Positions 1-9,661 of a DNA stretch of 64,000 bases are shown here, piece by piece (position 1 is the stretch's first letter; each line of letters begins with the position of its first letter). The notes under the pieces were generated by a model, which saw nothing but the letters and a program-made list of their open reading frames with translations, made no database searches and had not been told where the DNA came from. Origin of the DNA: an uncultured Bacteroidota bacterium (lineage in GTDB: Bacteria; Bacteroidota; Bacteroidia; JABEUT01); the NCBI GenBank assembly GCA_903916255.1, contig CAIWVW010000090.1, positions 2,229 to 66,228 of the forward strand, given 5' to 3'. A program made the position numbers and the translations under genes.

Positions 1-1145
1 GGAATATTCAAATCCTTTAAACTAATCCTTGATGCAACTAAGTTTTTAGAATCATCTTTTATTAACCGCTCCTTGTTATGTTCAATAAGTATTCTTGCAG
101 AATCTAATATGTTTTGTGTAGAACGGTAATTCTCTACCAACACCACTTTCAGCAAGCCATTGGAATATTCGGCAGCAAACTCGCGTATGTTCTTCACATT
201 CGCATCCTGAAATGAAAAAATAGATTGGTCATCATCGCCAACAACAAACACGTTGGGTGTTTCCCAATAATCAATCAGATGTTGTAATAATTGTTTTTGC
301 GAGCCGCTTGTATCCTGAAATTCATCTACCAGAAAATATAAAAACCTCTCCTGGTAATTGAGAAGGATATTGGTGTTTTCTTTAAATGCTTTAAGCACCC
401 ACAATATCATATCATCAAAAGTGTAGCGCCCTCTTTCGCGCATCATCTCTTCATACTTCGGGTAAAGATTCACCGCTTCGCGGACTTTTTCCATGTATTC
501 GGTTTCATCCTTTATCCTGTCTTGATTGGGTTCTCCGGCTTTAAATTGTTTGTAGTTGCGTTTGTAAAAGAAACCGTCTTTGGTTGGCAGTTCAGCTATA
601 TAAGCATCAATCTTTTCATTCAAAAAATCCAAACTCCAGGCTTCTTTTTTTATTAAGGAGAAAAGGCTTTTTACCTTTGGAATTTCATAGTTTACATCGC
701 CTTTAAATTTCTTCAAAAGGCTATCTGTCGCTACATTATTCAGTAATTCTTTGAATAGTTCTATTTCCTCCAATTCGGAAATGGCTTCTAAATTCTGCCT
801 TCCAAAATAAGTTAGGTTGTCCTGAATAACCTCATTACAAAAAGAGTGAAATGTATGTATATTAACCCTGTAGGCCGCAGGCCCAATAAGGCTAAACAGG
901 CGGTTGCGCATTTCAACCCGTCCGGTATCGGTATAGGTGAGGCACAGTATTCCGTGGGCAGGAGTATCGGTTTGTTGCAATATTTTGCCAATACGTGTAG
1001 CAAGTATTTGTGTCTTTCCTGTTCCCGGCCCTGCAATAACAAGCACAGGCCCTTCAATATTCTCGACAGCTTCTTTCTGCGCTGCATTGAGCTTTTCAAA
1101 GGCTTCTGAAAAAGCTACTTCATATTGCGATGGGAATTTTGGCAT
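1..1145 (-). CDS. UvrD/PcrA/Rep-family ATP-dependent DNA helicase, N-terminal part (C-terminus runs off the window start)
   Basis: ATG at 1143-1145 on the minus strand. The translation reads MPKFPSQYEVAFSEAFEKLNAAQKEAVENIEGPVLVIAGPGTGKTQILATRIG... (Walker A GPGTGKT), then ...FLYFLVDEFQDTSGSQ (helicase motif II VDEFQD). The frame stays open to position 1. It is absent from the ORF track because there is no in-window stop. Confidence 0.8.
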   Translation of the reverse strand, partial: MPKFPSQYEVAFSEAFEKLNAAQKEAVENIEGPVLVIAGPGTGKTQILATRIGKILQQTDTPAHGILCLTYTDTGRVEMRNRLFSLIGPAAYRVNIHTFHSFCNEVIQDNLTYFGRQNLEAISELEEIELFKELLNNVATDSLLKKFKGDVNYEIPKVKSLFSLIKKEAWSLDFLNEKIDAYIAELPTKDGFFYKRNYKQFKAGEPNQDRIKDETEYMEKVREAVNLYPKYEEMMRERGRYTFDDMILWVLKAFKENTNILLNYQERFLYFLVDEFQDTSGSQKQLLQHLIDYWETPNVFVVGDDDQSIFSFQDANVKNIREFAAEYSNGLLKVVLVENYRSTQNILDSARILIEHNKERLIKDDSKNLVASRISLKDLNI

Positions 1146-1150
1146 GTTAG

Positions 1151-1876
1151 TTATGGTCTCAACTCAAAGTTTTCACCCAAATATAATTTGCGGGCTTCAG
1201 GGTCATTGGCCAATTCTTCGGTAGTTCCGGCTTTCAATATTCTTCCCTCATATAGCAAATAAGAGCGGTCGCAAATAGAGAGGGTTTCGTGTACGTTATG
1301 GTCGGTAATAAGTATGCCGATATTTTTTCTTTTCAAGTCCCGAACTATCTTCTGAATATCCTCCACCGCAATGGGGTCGATACCTGCGAATGGTTCATCT
1401 AATAATATAAATGACGGGTTTACAGCCAGACAACGCGCTATTTCAGTTCTTCTTCTCTCTCCTCCTGAAAGCACATCGCCGCGCGCATCGCGGATATGTC
1501 CTAACCCGAATTCTTCCAACAGTGATTCCACTTTTCTTTTTTGGTCTTCTTTTGAAAGCGAAGTCATTTCGAGCACCAGCTTTAAATTATCCTGTACGCT
1601 CAGTTTGCGGAATATGGAAGCCTCCTGAGGCAAGTATGATATACCCATAGTTGCCCTTTTATACATCGGCTGTGCGGTAATAGGGGTATCGTCCAGGAAA
1701 ATATCGCCTTCGTTGGGTTTTACAAGGCCGACAATCATATAGAACGTGGTGGTTTTTCCGGCGCCATTCGGCCCGAGCAAACCCACAATTTCTCCTTTTT
1801 TAACTTCTACGGAAACATTGTTTACAACGGTTCTGCGCTTATATTTTTTTATGAGTTGCGAAGTACGTAAAATCAT
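1151..1876 (-). CDS. lptB: LPS export ABC transporter ATP-binding protein LptB
   Basis: 241 aa with Walker A GPNGAGKTTTF, ABC signature LSGGERRR and Walker B ILLDEPFAGID. The overall pattern is LptB-like. Its stop lies 5 bp from the helicase start codon. Confidence 0.8.
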   Translation of the reverse strand: MILRTSQLIKKYKRRTVVNNVSVEVKKGEIVGLLGPNGAGKTTTFYMIVGLVKPNEGDIFLDDTPITAQPMYKRATMGISYLPQEASIFRKLSVQDNLKLVLEMTSLSKEDQKRKVESLLEEFGLGHIRDARGDVLSGGERRRTEIARCLAVNPSFILLDEPFAGIDPIAVEDIQKIVRDLKRKNIGILITDHNVHETLSICDRSYLLYEGRILKAGTTEELANDPEARKLYLGENFELRP

Positions 1877-1878
1877 TC

Positions 1879-4368
1879 TTAAAAAGTAAATTCAAATGAG
1901 CCCATTAGGGCAAATTTTGAAACATTGGGATGGCTAAGATACGAAAGCCTCCACAGAGCATCTACACGAATAATGTTAAAAATGTTTTCGATGCCTACCC
2001 CTGTTTCCGAATAGGGCCTATTGGTAAGTCCGTACATATTGGCCGGAAACAGCACGGTTTGTTCATTCACCGGATTAACGCTTCCCACAAGGCATCGGTA
2101 GGTAGCAACTTCCCGCCACTTTAATTTGCGCATTAGCGGAATCCTGTTCAGGAATAACCCTTCAAAATGGTGCTCGGCTGTAACTGCAATATATTCGTCG
2201 CTGACAAATTCGTAATAATTCATTAAATTATAGGAGGCTCTGTCATACACGTAGGTTTCATTTCCAGGCGGTAAAAACATTTCAAGGTATGGAACATTGC
2301 CCCATATTTTGCCAGATTCCACATTCAGGTTTGTTCTTCCAATCGGGTTAATATGGAGTACATAACTGATGCCGGCTACCAATTTTTGATACTTGTAATC
2401 TCCGTTAAAAATGCCCTGCAGGCCTTTGGTATAGCGAACCAGCAAAATCGGGTATTTAGTGCCTAACGATTTTCTTGTAACCGAATAAATCACGTATTTT
2501 TGATTGAAGGACAAGTTCATATTCACCTGTAATTCGGGGTCGTAAATGGATGTTTTTGTGTCTATATCGGCTGGGCCGTCAAATACAGAATACCCAATTC
2601 CCTCGGTAGGTATGAAAATTTTATTGACAAACGAGAATTTAAAATTAAGGCCTGAAAAAATATCCCTGTCGTAAGTCAATTTAGTTTCTTTTATTTCTGT
2701 AAGGTTTGTCATCGGCTCTCGGGAAAGCAGGCTGGTTAAAATATTGTCCTGGCTGAAAAGCCGCTCTGAACGCCCCAATACCCTTACATCATCATTATAT
2801 TGCACCGAAATCTGTTGCCAGGGTTCTTTTGTAATAAACGCTTTATAGCCTATATCGTATTTTGTTTTCCGGTCTTTTAAGCCATACGCTAAATAGCCGC
2901 TCAGTTCATACCACTTGCTAAAGTTGTTGCTGGTGCGCCCTCCAAAACGGAATCGGTCGCCTTCCACCGGATTGTGGCTATAAAAATCGGTAATAGGGCC
3001 TATTTCAAAATCGCCCAATGTTTTATATCCTGTGGCAATAAGGGTAATGGTGTTTAAAGCATGATGATAAACCGGCAATGTTTGGAAGGTATCGACCATT
3101 GCATAAATACTCTTTTCATTCTTTGATAAAGGTTCCTGCCTTATGGAATCCCAATAATGCAGCGAGCGGCGGTTGGCGCTGTCCTCCACAATCGTTTTTT
3201 TTATTGGATTATAAAAACCGTCTTCCGTTTTGGGTTTGTTTATAACGAAGTTGTCATAGAGTGTAGTCTTTCTTCCATACAACCCAAGCCCTTTTGCGCT
3301 CAAACCAAATTCAACAACAAGTTTGTTTTTACTGAGCATCCAGTATTTATTATCTACGTATGCATATTCCTGCACCACACTAAAATCCTGCACATAATTC
3401 AGGTTGGCATCTTTTGCAACGGTCATTTCAATGCGCATCAGCGCGAAGGTGGTGTCGGCAATCCACATATTGCCATAAAAAGCAAACTCGGAAAGGTGTT
3501 TTGGCTTAAACTGAATCTGGTAGCAATGGTGCCCGTTGATATACATGCTGTCGATTAAATAATATTTATAATACCCGTTCCAGCTATTAGACAAGGGGCT
3601 TACAAATTCCTGTCCGAAAATGAGCGAACTGTTTTTGTAAATGTCGATATCCTGGTACATGTCGCCTGTATAATGCGATATGCTTGGGTTTTGAAAGCCT
3701 GAGAACTTGGTAGCTTTAATTATTTCCTTTTTATCGGAAGGGTTGCTGCGGTAATAAATATCGGAAACAGATTCGGTAATGAATGTGGGCAGGTAAGGTT
3801 TCTCTTTAACATTGGAGCTGTCTATATAGTTGAAGATAAAATTGACAGGCTTCAATACCTTTTTCTTTTCATATTTTTTGGGAATATTATTCAAATCAAA
3901 CTCCAGCTTATTATAGGCTTCAAACTGATACGATTCCAGCTTCCCGGGGTCATTGTCAGGTTTATGTTCCACCATTTTTCGCAGTATACGCCACGCAGGA
4001 TTTTCACCCGGATGAACCACCACTTCGCCCAGGTTCTGAGATTGCGATTGAAGGAAAAAATTAATTGTTTGGGTTTTATGATTTACAATTGGCTTAATAG
4101 TCATATCATAACCAATGTATGATACCATTATGGAATCAGAAGAAGTTTCTGTTTCCAGTTTATAGGCGCCGTCAATGTCGGTAGTTGTACCAACTGTTGT
4201 ATTCTTTAATAGGAGATTTACAAATGGGAGCGGTTCCCTTGTGGTAGCGTCATACACCTTCCCCGTAATAATGGTTTTTTGCTGGGCAGAAATCACAAAT
4301 GGAAGTACTGCCAATAAAATAGAGATTATTGCTTTTTTAATGGATATTTTATGGGGGGAAATTGCCAT
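1879..4368 (-). CDS. Secreted carboxypeptidase-regulatory-like domain protein (DUF5686-like, about 830 aa Bacteroidota family)
   Basis: Signal peptide is followed by ITGKVYDATTREPLPFVNLLLKNTTVGTTTDIDGAYKL, a CarbopepD_reg-like beta-sandwich. The size and architecture are typical of Bacteroidota DUF5686 proteins. Confidence 0.55.
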   Translation of the reverse strand: MAISPHKISIKKAIISILLAVLPFVISAQQKTIITGKVYDATTREPLPFVNLLLKNTTVGTTTDIDGAYKLETETSSDSIMVSYIGYDMTIKPIVNHKTQTINFFLQSQSQNLGEVVVHPGENPAWRILRKMVEHKPDNDPGKLESYQFEAYNKLEFDLNNIPKKYEKKKVLKPVNFIFNYIDSSNVKEKPYLPTFITESVSDIYYRSNPSDKKEIIKATKFSGFQNPSISHYTGDMYQDIDIYKNSSLIFGQEFVSPLSNSWNGYYKYYLIDSMYINGHHCYQIQFKPKHLSEFAFYGNMWIADTTFALMRIEMTVAKDANLNYVQDFSVVQEYAYVDNKYWMLSKNKLVVEFGLSAKGLGLYGRKTTLYDNFVINKPKTEDGFYNPIKKTIVEDSANRRSLHYWDSIRQEPLSKNEKSIYAMVDTFQTLPVYHHALNTITLIATGYKTLGDFEIGPITDFYSHNPVEGDRFRFGGRTSNNFSKWYELSGYLAYGLKDRKTKYDIGYKAFITKEPWQQISVQYNDDVRVLGRSERLFSQDNILTSLLSREPMTNLTEIKETKLTYDRDIFSGLNFKFSFVNKIFIPTEGIGYSVFDGPADIDTKTSIYDPELQVNMNLSFNQKYVIYSVTRKSLGTKYPILLVRYTKGLQGIFNGDYKYQKLVAGISYVLHINPIGRTNLNVESGKIWGNVPYLEMFLPPGNETYVYDRASYNLMNYYEFVSDEYIAVTAEHHFEGLFLNRIPLMRKLKWREVATYRCLVGSVNPVNEQTVLFPANMYGLTNRPYSETGVGIENIFNIIRVDALWRLSYLSHPNVSKFALMGSFEFTF

Positions 4369-4383
4369 TTAAAAAGGGATGCG

Positions 4384-5271
4384 TTAATAGTCTTCAATAT
4401 TCATAAGGTAGCTTCCATACCCGCTCTTTAATAATGGTTCAGCCAGTTTTTTTAGTTGGGTTTTATCGATATATCCCATGCGGTAGGCCACTTCTTCAAT
4501 ACAGCCTATTTTCAAACCCTGTCGTTCTTCAATAACCTGCACAAACTGGCTCGCCTGCATTAATGATGCAAAGGTGCCTGTATCAAGCCATGCAGTGCCC
4601 CTGTCAAGCACGCTTACTTTCAGTTTGCCCATTTTCAGGTACTCTTTATTTACATCGGTAATTTCATATTCGCCACGGGCACTTGGCTTAAGGTTTTTGG
4701 CAATTTCCACAACTGTATTATCATAGAAGTATAATCCCGGCACAGCATAGTTTGATTTAGGCTTCGCAGGTTTTTCTTCAATGGATATCACTTTGTTATT
4801 GGCATCAAATTCAGCAACGCCATAACGTTCCGGGTCTGAAACGTGGTAGGCATAAATAATACCGCCATCAGGGTTATGATTGGATTGCAGGAGCCTTCCC
4901 AAGCCGCCGCCATAAAAAATGTTATCACCCAAAACCAATGCCACTTTTTCTTTGCCTATGAACTTTTCGCCAATTACAAATGCCTGTGCCAATCCATTCG
5001 GCACTTGCTGTTCAGCATATTCAAAACTGCATCCTAAAGATTTTCCATCACCCAACAGTCTTTTAAATCCCGGTAAATCATGAGGAGTTGAGATAATAAG
5101 TATTTCCTTAATGCCTGTCATCATTAACACAGACAACGGGTAATAAATCATAGGCTTGTCATAAATGGGCATCAACTGCTTGCTAAGAGCCAATGTAAGA
5201 GGGTGTAATCGGGTTCCTGAACCGCCTGCGAGAATAATTCCTTTCATAGATATGGGTTGAAAATATGTCAC
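4384..5271 (-). CDS. rfbA: Glucose-1-phosphate thymidylyltransferase
   Basis: [18 protein letters not shown]...LGDNIFYG... is a classic RmlA signature. The true start is probably the internal Met (MKGIIL), about 24 nt downstream of the ORF-track start. Confidence 0.9.
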   Translation of the reverse strand: MTYFQPISMKGIILAGGSGTRLHPLTLALSKQLMPIYDKPMIYYPLSVLMMTGIKEILIISTPHDLPGFKRLLGDGKSLGCSFEYAEQQVPNGLAQAFVIGEKFIGKEKVALVLGDNIFYGGGLGRLLQSNHNPDGGIIYAYHVSDPERYGVAEFDANNKVISIEEKPAKPKSNYAVPGLYFYDNTVVEIAKNLKPSARGEYEITDVNKEYLKMGKLKVSVLDRGTAWLDTGTFASLMQASQFVQVIEERQGLKIGCIEEVAYRMGYIDKTQLKKLAEPLLKSGYGSYLMNIEDY

Positions 5272-5373
5272 TAAACTACGAACTTTTTAACACTCGAAAG
5301 ATAATTTATAACGCATAACTTATAACTCATAACTATTGATGCTATCTTTGAGCCAAAAATATACGATTACACT

Positions 5374-6513
5374 ATGAAATTTGCCACCAAAGCCATACAT
5401 GCCGGTCAGGAGCCTGACCCTTCAACTGGAGCAATAATGACTCCTATTTTTCAAACTTCAACCTACGTTCAAGCCGCACCGGGCATGCATAAAGGGTTTG
5501 AATATTCCCGTACCCACAACCCTACACGTGAAGCTTTGGAGAAAAACCTTGCAGCCCTTGAAGAGGGTAAACACGGACTTTGTTTCAGCAGCGGAATGGC
5601 AGCGGAAGATTGTGTTGCTAAACTCTTAAAGCCTGGCGACGAAGTTATCTCCACCAATGATTTATATGGAGGTTCCTTCCGTATGTTCACTAAAATATTT
5701 GCCAATTATGGAATCAAGTTTCACTTTATTCCTATGTCCGACCCAAAGGAAGTGGCAAAGCACATCAATAAGAATACCAAACTCATTTGGATTGAAACCC
5801 CTACCAATCCGATGTTGAATATTATTGATATTAACGCGATCTCTGCGTTAGCTAAAAAGAATAAAATACTTGTAGCAGTAGATAATACCTTCGCAACGCC
5901 ATACCTGCAAACCCCTTTAAAATTGGGTGCTGACATCGTTACCCATTCCGTTACCAAATATTTAGGCGGACATTCCGATGTAATTATGGGTGCAATAGTT
6001 TGCAATGATGACGTCCTTTCGGAACAATTGCATTTTATACAAAACAGTTGCGGGGCTATTCCTTCGCCCCATGATTGTTTCCTCGTTTTGCGCGGCATTA
6101 AAACCCTGCATATACGTATGGACAGGCATTGTGAGAATGCGGCAAAAGTCTGCAAATACCTGCAATCTCACCCTAAAGTAGATAAGGTTTATTACCCCGG
6201 AATACCTTCCCACAAAAACCATAAAGTGGCAAAAGCGCAAATGCGTGGCTTTGGTGGTATGATGTCCTTCACACTTAAGAAGGATGATATTAAAGAAGCC
6301 CACCGTGTACTTTCCAAATTTAAAGTGTTTTCATTGGCTGAATCGTTAGGCGGAGTTGAATCCCTTAGCGGTCACCCCGCAACTATGACACATGCTTCGA
6401 TACCAAAAGAAGTGCGTGAAAAATCGGGCGTGGTTGATTCGCTCATCCGATTGAGCGTGGGTATTGAAGATATAGATGATTTGATAGAAGATTTGAAACA
6501 GGCGTTAAAGTAA
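5374..6513 (+). CDS. Cys/Met-metabolism PLP-dependent enzyme (cystathionine gamma-synthase / beta-lyase / gamma-lyase family)
   Basis: 379 aa. The N-terminus reads ...TKAIHAGQEPDPSTGAIMTPIFQTSTY. The PLP-lysine region reads HSVTKYLGGHSDVIMG. This is the classic trans-sulfuration family fold. Confidence 0.8.
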   Translation: MKFATKAIHAGQEPDPSTGAIMTPIFQTSTYVQAAPGMHKGFEYSRTHNPTREALEKNLAALEEGKHGLCFSSGMAAEDCVAKLLKPGDEVISTNDLYGGSFRMFTKIFANYGIKFHFIPMSDPKEVAKHINKNTKLIWIETPTNPMLNIIDINAISALAKKNKILVAVDNTFATPYLQTPLKLGADIVTHSVTKYLGGHSDVIMGAIVCNDDVLSEQLHFIQNSCGAIPSPHDCFLVLRGIKTLHIRMDRHCENAAKVCKYLQSHPKVDKVYYPGIPSHKNHKVAKAQMRGFGGMMSFTLKKDDIKEAHRVLSKFKVFSLAESLGGVESLSGHPATMTHASIPKEVREKSGVVDSLIRLSVGIEDIDDLIEDLKQALK

Positions 6514-6525
6514 TACCAAAAAACC

Positions 6526-7329
6526 ATGATAGACTTAACAAACAAACGCGCCATGGTATGCGGAAGCACCCAAGGCATAGGCAAGGCCTCAGCAATGGTG
6601 CTTGCCGGACAGGGTGCAAGTATTACATTGGTTGCACGCAATGAAGATGCATTGAAGCAAGTCTTGACGGAACTTCCAACAAATGCCAATCAGAAACACG
6701 ATTATATTGTCGCTGATTTCAACCAGCCGGAAGAACTAAAGAAAAGTGTTGAAGCATACCTATCGCCCACCAAACATCATTTAGGAGATGCAGGTTTTCA
6801 TATTTTGTTAAATAATTCAGGAGGCCCTCCCGGTGGGGAAATTATCAATGCTAAAGTGGAAGATTTTACCCAAACTTTCCAACGACATTTGGTCTGCAAC
6901 CATATCCTTACACAGCTTCTTGTTCCTGATATGAAGAAGAACAAATATGGGAGAATTATTAATATTATTTCCACTTCGGTTAAAGAACCGATTAAAGGCT
7001 TGGGCGTTTCTAATACCATACGTGCAGCAGTTGCCAATTGGTCTAAAACAATGGCAATCGAATTAGGCCCTTTTGGAATTACAGTTAATAATGTGCTTCC
7101 CGGCTCAACCGAAACTGTAAGAATTGAAGAAATAATAAATAATAACTCCAAAAAGTCGGGCAAAACGCCTGAGCAGGTAAAGGCAGATATGATTAGCAAA
7201 GTACCAGTCGGCAGGTTTGCCAGCGCCGATGAAATAGCTTATGCGGTTGCTTTTCTGGCATCGCCGGAAGCTGCTTACATCAATGGTATCAACTTGCCAG
7301 TGGATGGCGGGCGTACAGGTTGTTTGTAA
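6526..7329 (+). CDS. SDR-family oxidoreductase
   Basis: GSTQGIGKA Rossmann motif, NNSG region, and a 267 aa length typical of short-chain dehydrogenases. Confidence 0.75.
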   Translation: MIDLTNKRAMVCGSTQGIGKASAMVLAGQGASITLVARNEDALKQVLTELPTNANQKHDYIVADFNQPEELKKSVEAYLSPTKHHLGDAGFHILLNNSGGPPGGEIINAKVEDFTQTFQRHLVCNHILTQLLVPDMKKNKYGRIINIISTSVKEPIKGLGVSNTIRAAVANWSKTMAIELGPFGITVNNVLPGSTETVRIEEIINNNSKKSGKTPEQVKADMISKVPVGRFASADEIAYAVAFLASPEAAYINGINLPVDGGRTGCL

Positions 7330-7423
7330 GAATAGTATTTTGCTCTTTTGAGCGAGTGAAACAACCAATTTGACGAATATCACGTCTTATATGAGTAGTA
7401 AGGGATAACTTCGCTTTTAATGG

Positions 7424-7906
7424 TTGTTAAATTATAGTATGAAGAGGAGAATAGTAATTGGGTTTGTACTAAGTGTTTTTTCAATTTTTATTATCGAATC
7501 ATGTGAAGAAAGCGGTTGCAGTAAACAATTGGTCAGTTCCTATAATTCGCATGAAAGCAAAAAAATGACCGGAAACTGCATGGGTTGCCATAGCCCTAAT
7601 GGAGGTGCCAATGCAGGTTGCTTCAGGGTAGGAGGTACTGCATATGATAGCATACCGGCAGATAGTACCGTTCAGAATGCAATTGTGAAATTATACTCCG
7701 AACCAAACGGCGGCGGCGAACTGGTAGCAACCATGCAGGTTGACCAAAGCGGTAATTTTTATACCACTTCTCCAATATCTTTTGGTAATGGTTTGTATGC
7801 AGCAATCACTTCAAAAACCGGAACCCGTTATATGCCGGCAGCTACTATTACCGGGGCTTGCAACAGTTGCCACGGGGTAGTAAATAATACTATTTGGGCT
7901 GATTAA
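7424..7906 (+). CDS. Small secreted/lipoprotein with two CXXCH motifs (putative dihaem c-type cytochrome-like protein)
   Basis: The N-terminal hydrophobic segment ends ...IIESC. Two haem-binding-type motifs, CMGCH and CNSCH, are separated by about 90 aa. The likely start is the internal Met (MKRRIV). Confidence 0.4.
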   Translation: MLNYSMKRRIVIGFVLSVFSIFIIESCEESGCSKQLVSSYNSHESKKMTGNCMGCHSPNGGANAGCFRVGGTAYDSIPADSTVQNAIVKLYSEPNGGGELVATMQVDQSGNFYTTSPISFGNGLYAAITSKTGTRYMPAATITGACNSCHGVVNNTIWAD

Positions 7907-7926
7907 GCTGTTGTTAAAAAGAACCT

Positions 7927-8841
7927 ATGACAAAAAGACTTTTACTTTTTTCTATACTATCTATTGCTTCGATTGCGTGCTTTGCCCAAACCAAAATAGA
8001 TACGGCACATAAAAAAAACGTTCCTCCGACATGGAACGATGAGCGCTTGATAAGTTCTCCAACTACCCTTACCGTTGCTCCCGGTACTATGGAAGTTTAT
8101 TTTATGCACAGGCTGGGAAGCATGGGTACTTCCTCTAATGGAGGATTTCATACCCTTTATGGTTTTGATGTGGCTTCCGATGTTTTATTTGGCTTTGATT
8201 TCGGAATTACCAAACGGTTTATGCTCGGCTTTTGCCGCAGTAAAGACCAGGAGTTGATAGATGTATATGGGAAATACAGGCTTCTCGACCAGAAAATAGG
8301 CGGGTCGCCCATATCGATAGCTGTGAATGCTGATTGGGGTATTACCCCGGAAGATACAACTACGCTGTACAATGGTTCGTCTGAAGCGGAAAGCAGGCGC
8401 AGTATAGCTGATAGGTTTTTTTATCTCGGACAGATAATTATCGCTTCGCGGATAGATAAGCATCTTTCGTTGGAAATAGTGCCCACATTATCGCACCGCA
8501 ACCATGTGCTTGAAATCATTAATACCAACAATAATACTTATGATGAAAACGATATTCCGGCTATTGGAGTAGGGGGAAGGTATATGTTTAATAAAACCCT
8601 GGGTATTGTGGCCGACTATTATTATATCATTTCAAGTTACCGCACCAATAACCCATATAACAACTATTATAACGCTCTTTCCTGCGGAATAGAGCTAAAC
8701 ACAGGCGGGCACGTTTTTGAAATTAATTTGAGCAACGCCTCCGGTTTGGTTGCTAATAATTTCATACCCAACACTACCGATACCTGGCTGAAAGGCGGGT
8801 TTAAACTGGGGTTCACTATTTCACGAGGATTCAATCTATAA
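7927..8841 (+). CDS. Secreted hypothetical protein, probable outer-membrane beta-barrel (family uncertain)
   Basis: Signal peptide ...ACFAQ. The body has alternating amphipathic strands rich in Y/G/N and ends with an aromatic-containing C-terminus (GFNL). It is 20 bp downstream of the CXXCH protein, so probably co-transcribed. Confidence 0.35.
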   Translation: MTKRLLLFSILSIASIACFAQTKIDTAHKKNVPPTWNDERLISSPTTLTVAPGTMEVYFMHRLGSMGTSSNGGFHTLYGFDVASDVLFGFDFGITKRFMLGFCRSKDQELIDVYGKYRLLDQKIGGSPISIAVNADWGITPEDTTTLYNGSSEAESRRSIADRFFYLGQIIIASRIDKHLSLEIVPTLSHRNHVLEIINTNNNTYDENDIPAIGVGGRYMFNKTLGIVADYYYIISSYRTNNPYNNYYNALSCGIELNTGGHVFEINLSNASGLVANNFIPNTTDTWLKGGFKLGFTISRGFNL

Positions 8842-8853
8842 GGTGCAAGCCTC

Positions 8854-9573
8854 CTATCGGTGAATGTTTAAAGCCAGAAGTCCAACTATTCCGAAAAGGA
8901 TAATAGCAAAAATAATACCGCCGACAGCTTTCCCTGTACCGGTGTATTTGCCCTGTTCCAAATGTATTTTATGAAACGCAACAATAGCAAAAATAATGGC
9001 CAGTATGGCTAAAATGCCTCCTGCAATAACCCCTCCACTAACCACTGTAGTGGCAAGCATAACCGTGGCCCATGTAGCTCCGGCGTTTATGGAAGCCTGA
9101 ATAATTACCCAAGCGGCAAAAGAAATAAGCGTTAATGTAAGTGCAAACATGCCTAAATGCTGGCTCGCTTTAGCTTGCTTGCAAACCCTTGCCGCCATGG
9201 CGCGCAAGCTATCCCTTGAAATTTCGGGGCCGGGCTTTGAAAAATCAAGTGTAGGTGATTCTGTGGCAGATTCTATTTTCGTTGACGAAAAATTCTTGTT
9301 ATAAACAGCTGGTGTGGTTATATCATTAAAATCAGGAATTGGGTTTTCTGCTGTAATCGTATTGACCGGCGAATGAAATTCCTTAGCTGCTAAAGCTTTT
9401 GGCAACACAGATTTGATATTTGCAGGTGAAGCGGCAACCGGATTGTTGTATATTGTTTTAGGCGCTTTATTCACATGCCCGAAAGTATAACCGGGCAGGT
9501 ATTTTCTTTTGGTAATGGTGCACGATGCGCATAACAGTAAGCAGGCTAAAAGAAGGTATTTGTATTTCATCAT
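8854..9573 (-). CDS. Lipoprotein-anchored membrane protein with DUF4190-like C-terminal helical hairpin (paralog 1)
   Basis: Lipobox ...LLCASC followed by TITKRKYLPGYTFGH. The C-terminus has two or three TM helices with the GKYTGTGKAVGGIIFAIILFGIV pattern typical of DUF4190. Confidence 0.4.
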   Translation of the reverse strand: MMKYKYLLLACLLLCASCTITKRKYLPGYTFGHVNKAPKTIYNNPVAASPANIKSVLPKALAAKEFHSPVNTITAENPIPDFNDITTPAVYNKNFSSTKIESATESPTLDFSKPGPEISRDSLRAMAARVCKQAKASQHLGMFALTLTLISFAAWVIIQASINAGATWATVMLATTVVSGGVIAGGILAILAIIFAIVAFHKIHLEQGKYTGTGKAVGGIIFAIILFGIVGLLALNIHR

Positions 9574-9661
9574 AGGCTGAGTTGAAAGTATCCTACGAAT
9601 GCAACATAGAAAGGTTACTTTTAATTGTAATCTTCAGAACAAGTAGTTATAAGTTAAATAC

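Noticed and set aside
327-1145. Apparent frameshift or premature stop in the UvrD-family helicase ORF at about 327-362
   Set aside because: I had mis-indexed one sequence line by a single base. On re-reading, the frame is continuous from the ATG at 1143-1145 to position 1 (…NILLNYQERFLYFLVDEFQDTSGSQ…). The gene is simply truncated by the window edge.
812-1224. Three 87-95 aa ORFs overlapping the helicase N-terminus
   Set aside because: They overlap a well-supported helicase reading frame carrying Walker A and motif II, and their translations show no recognisable features.
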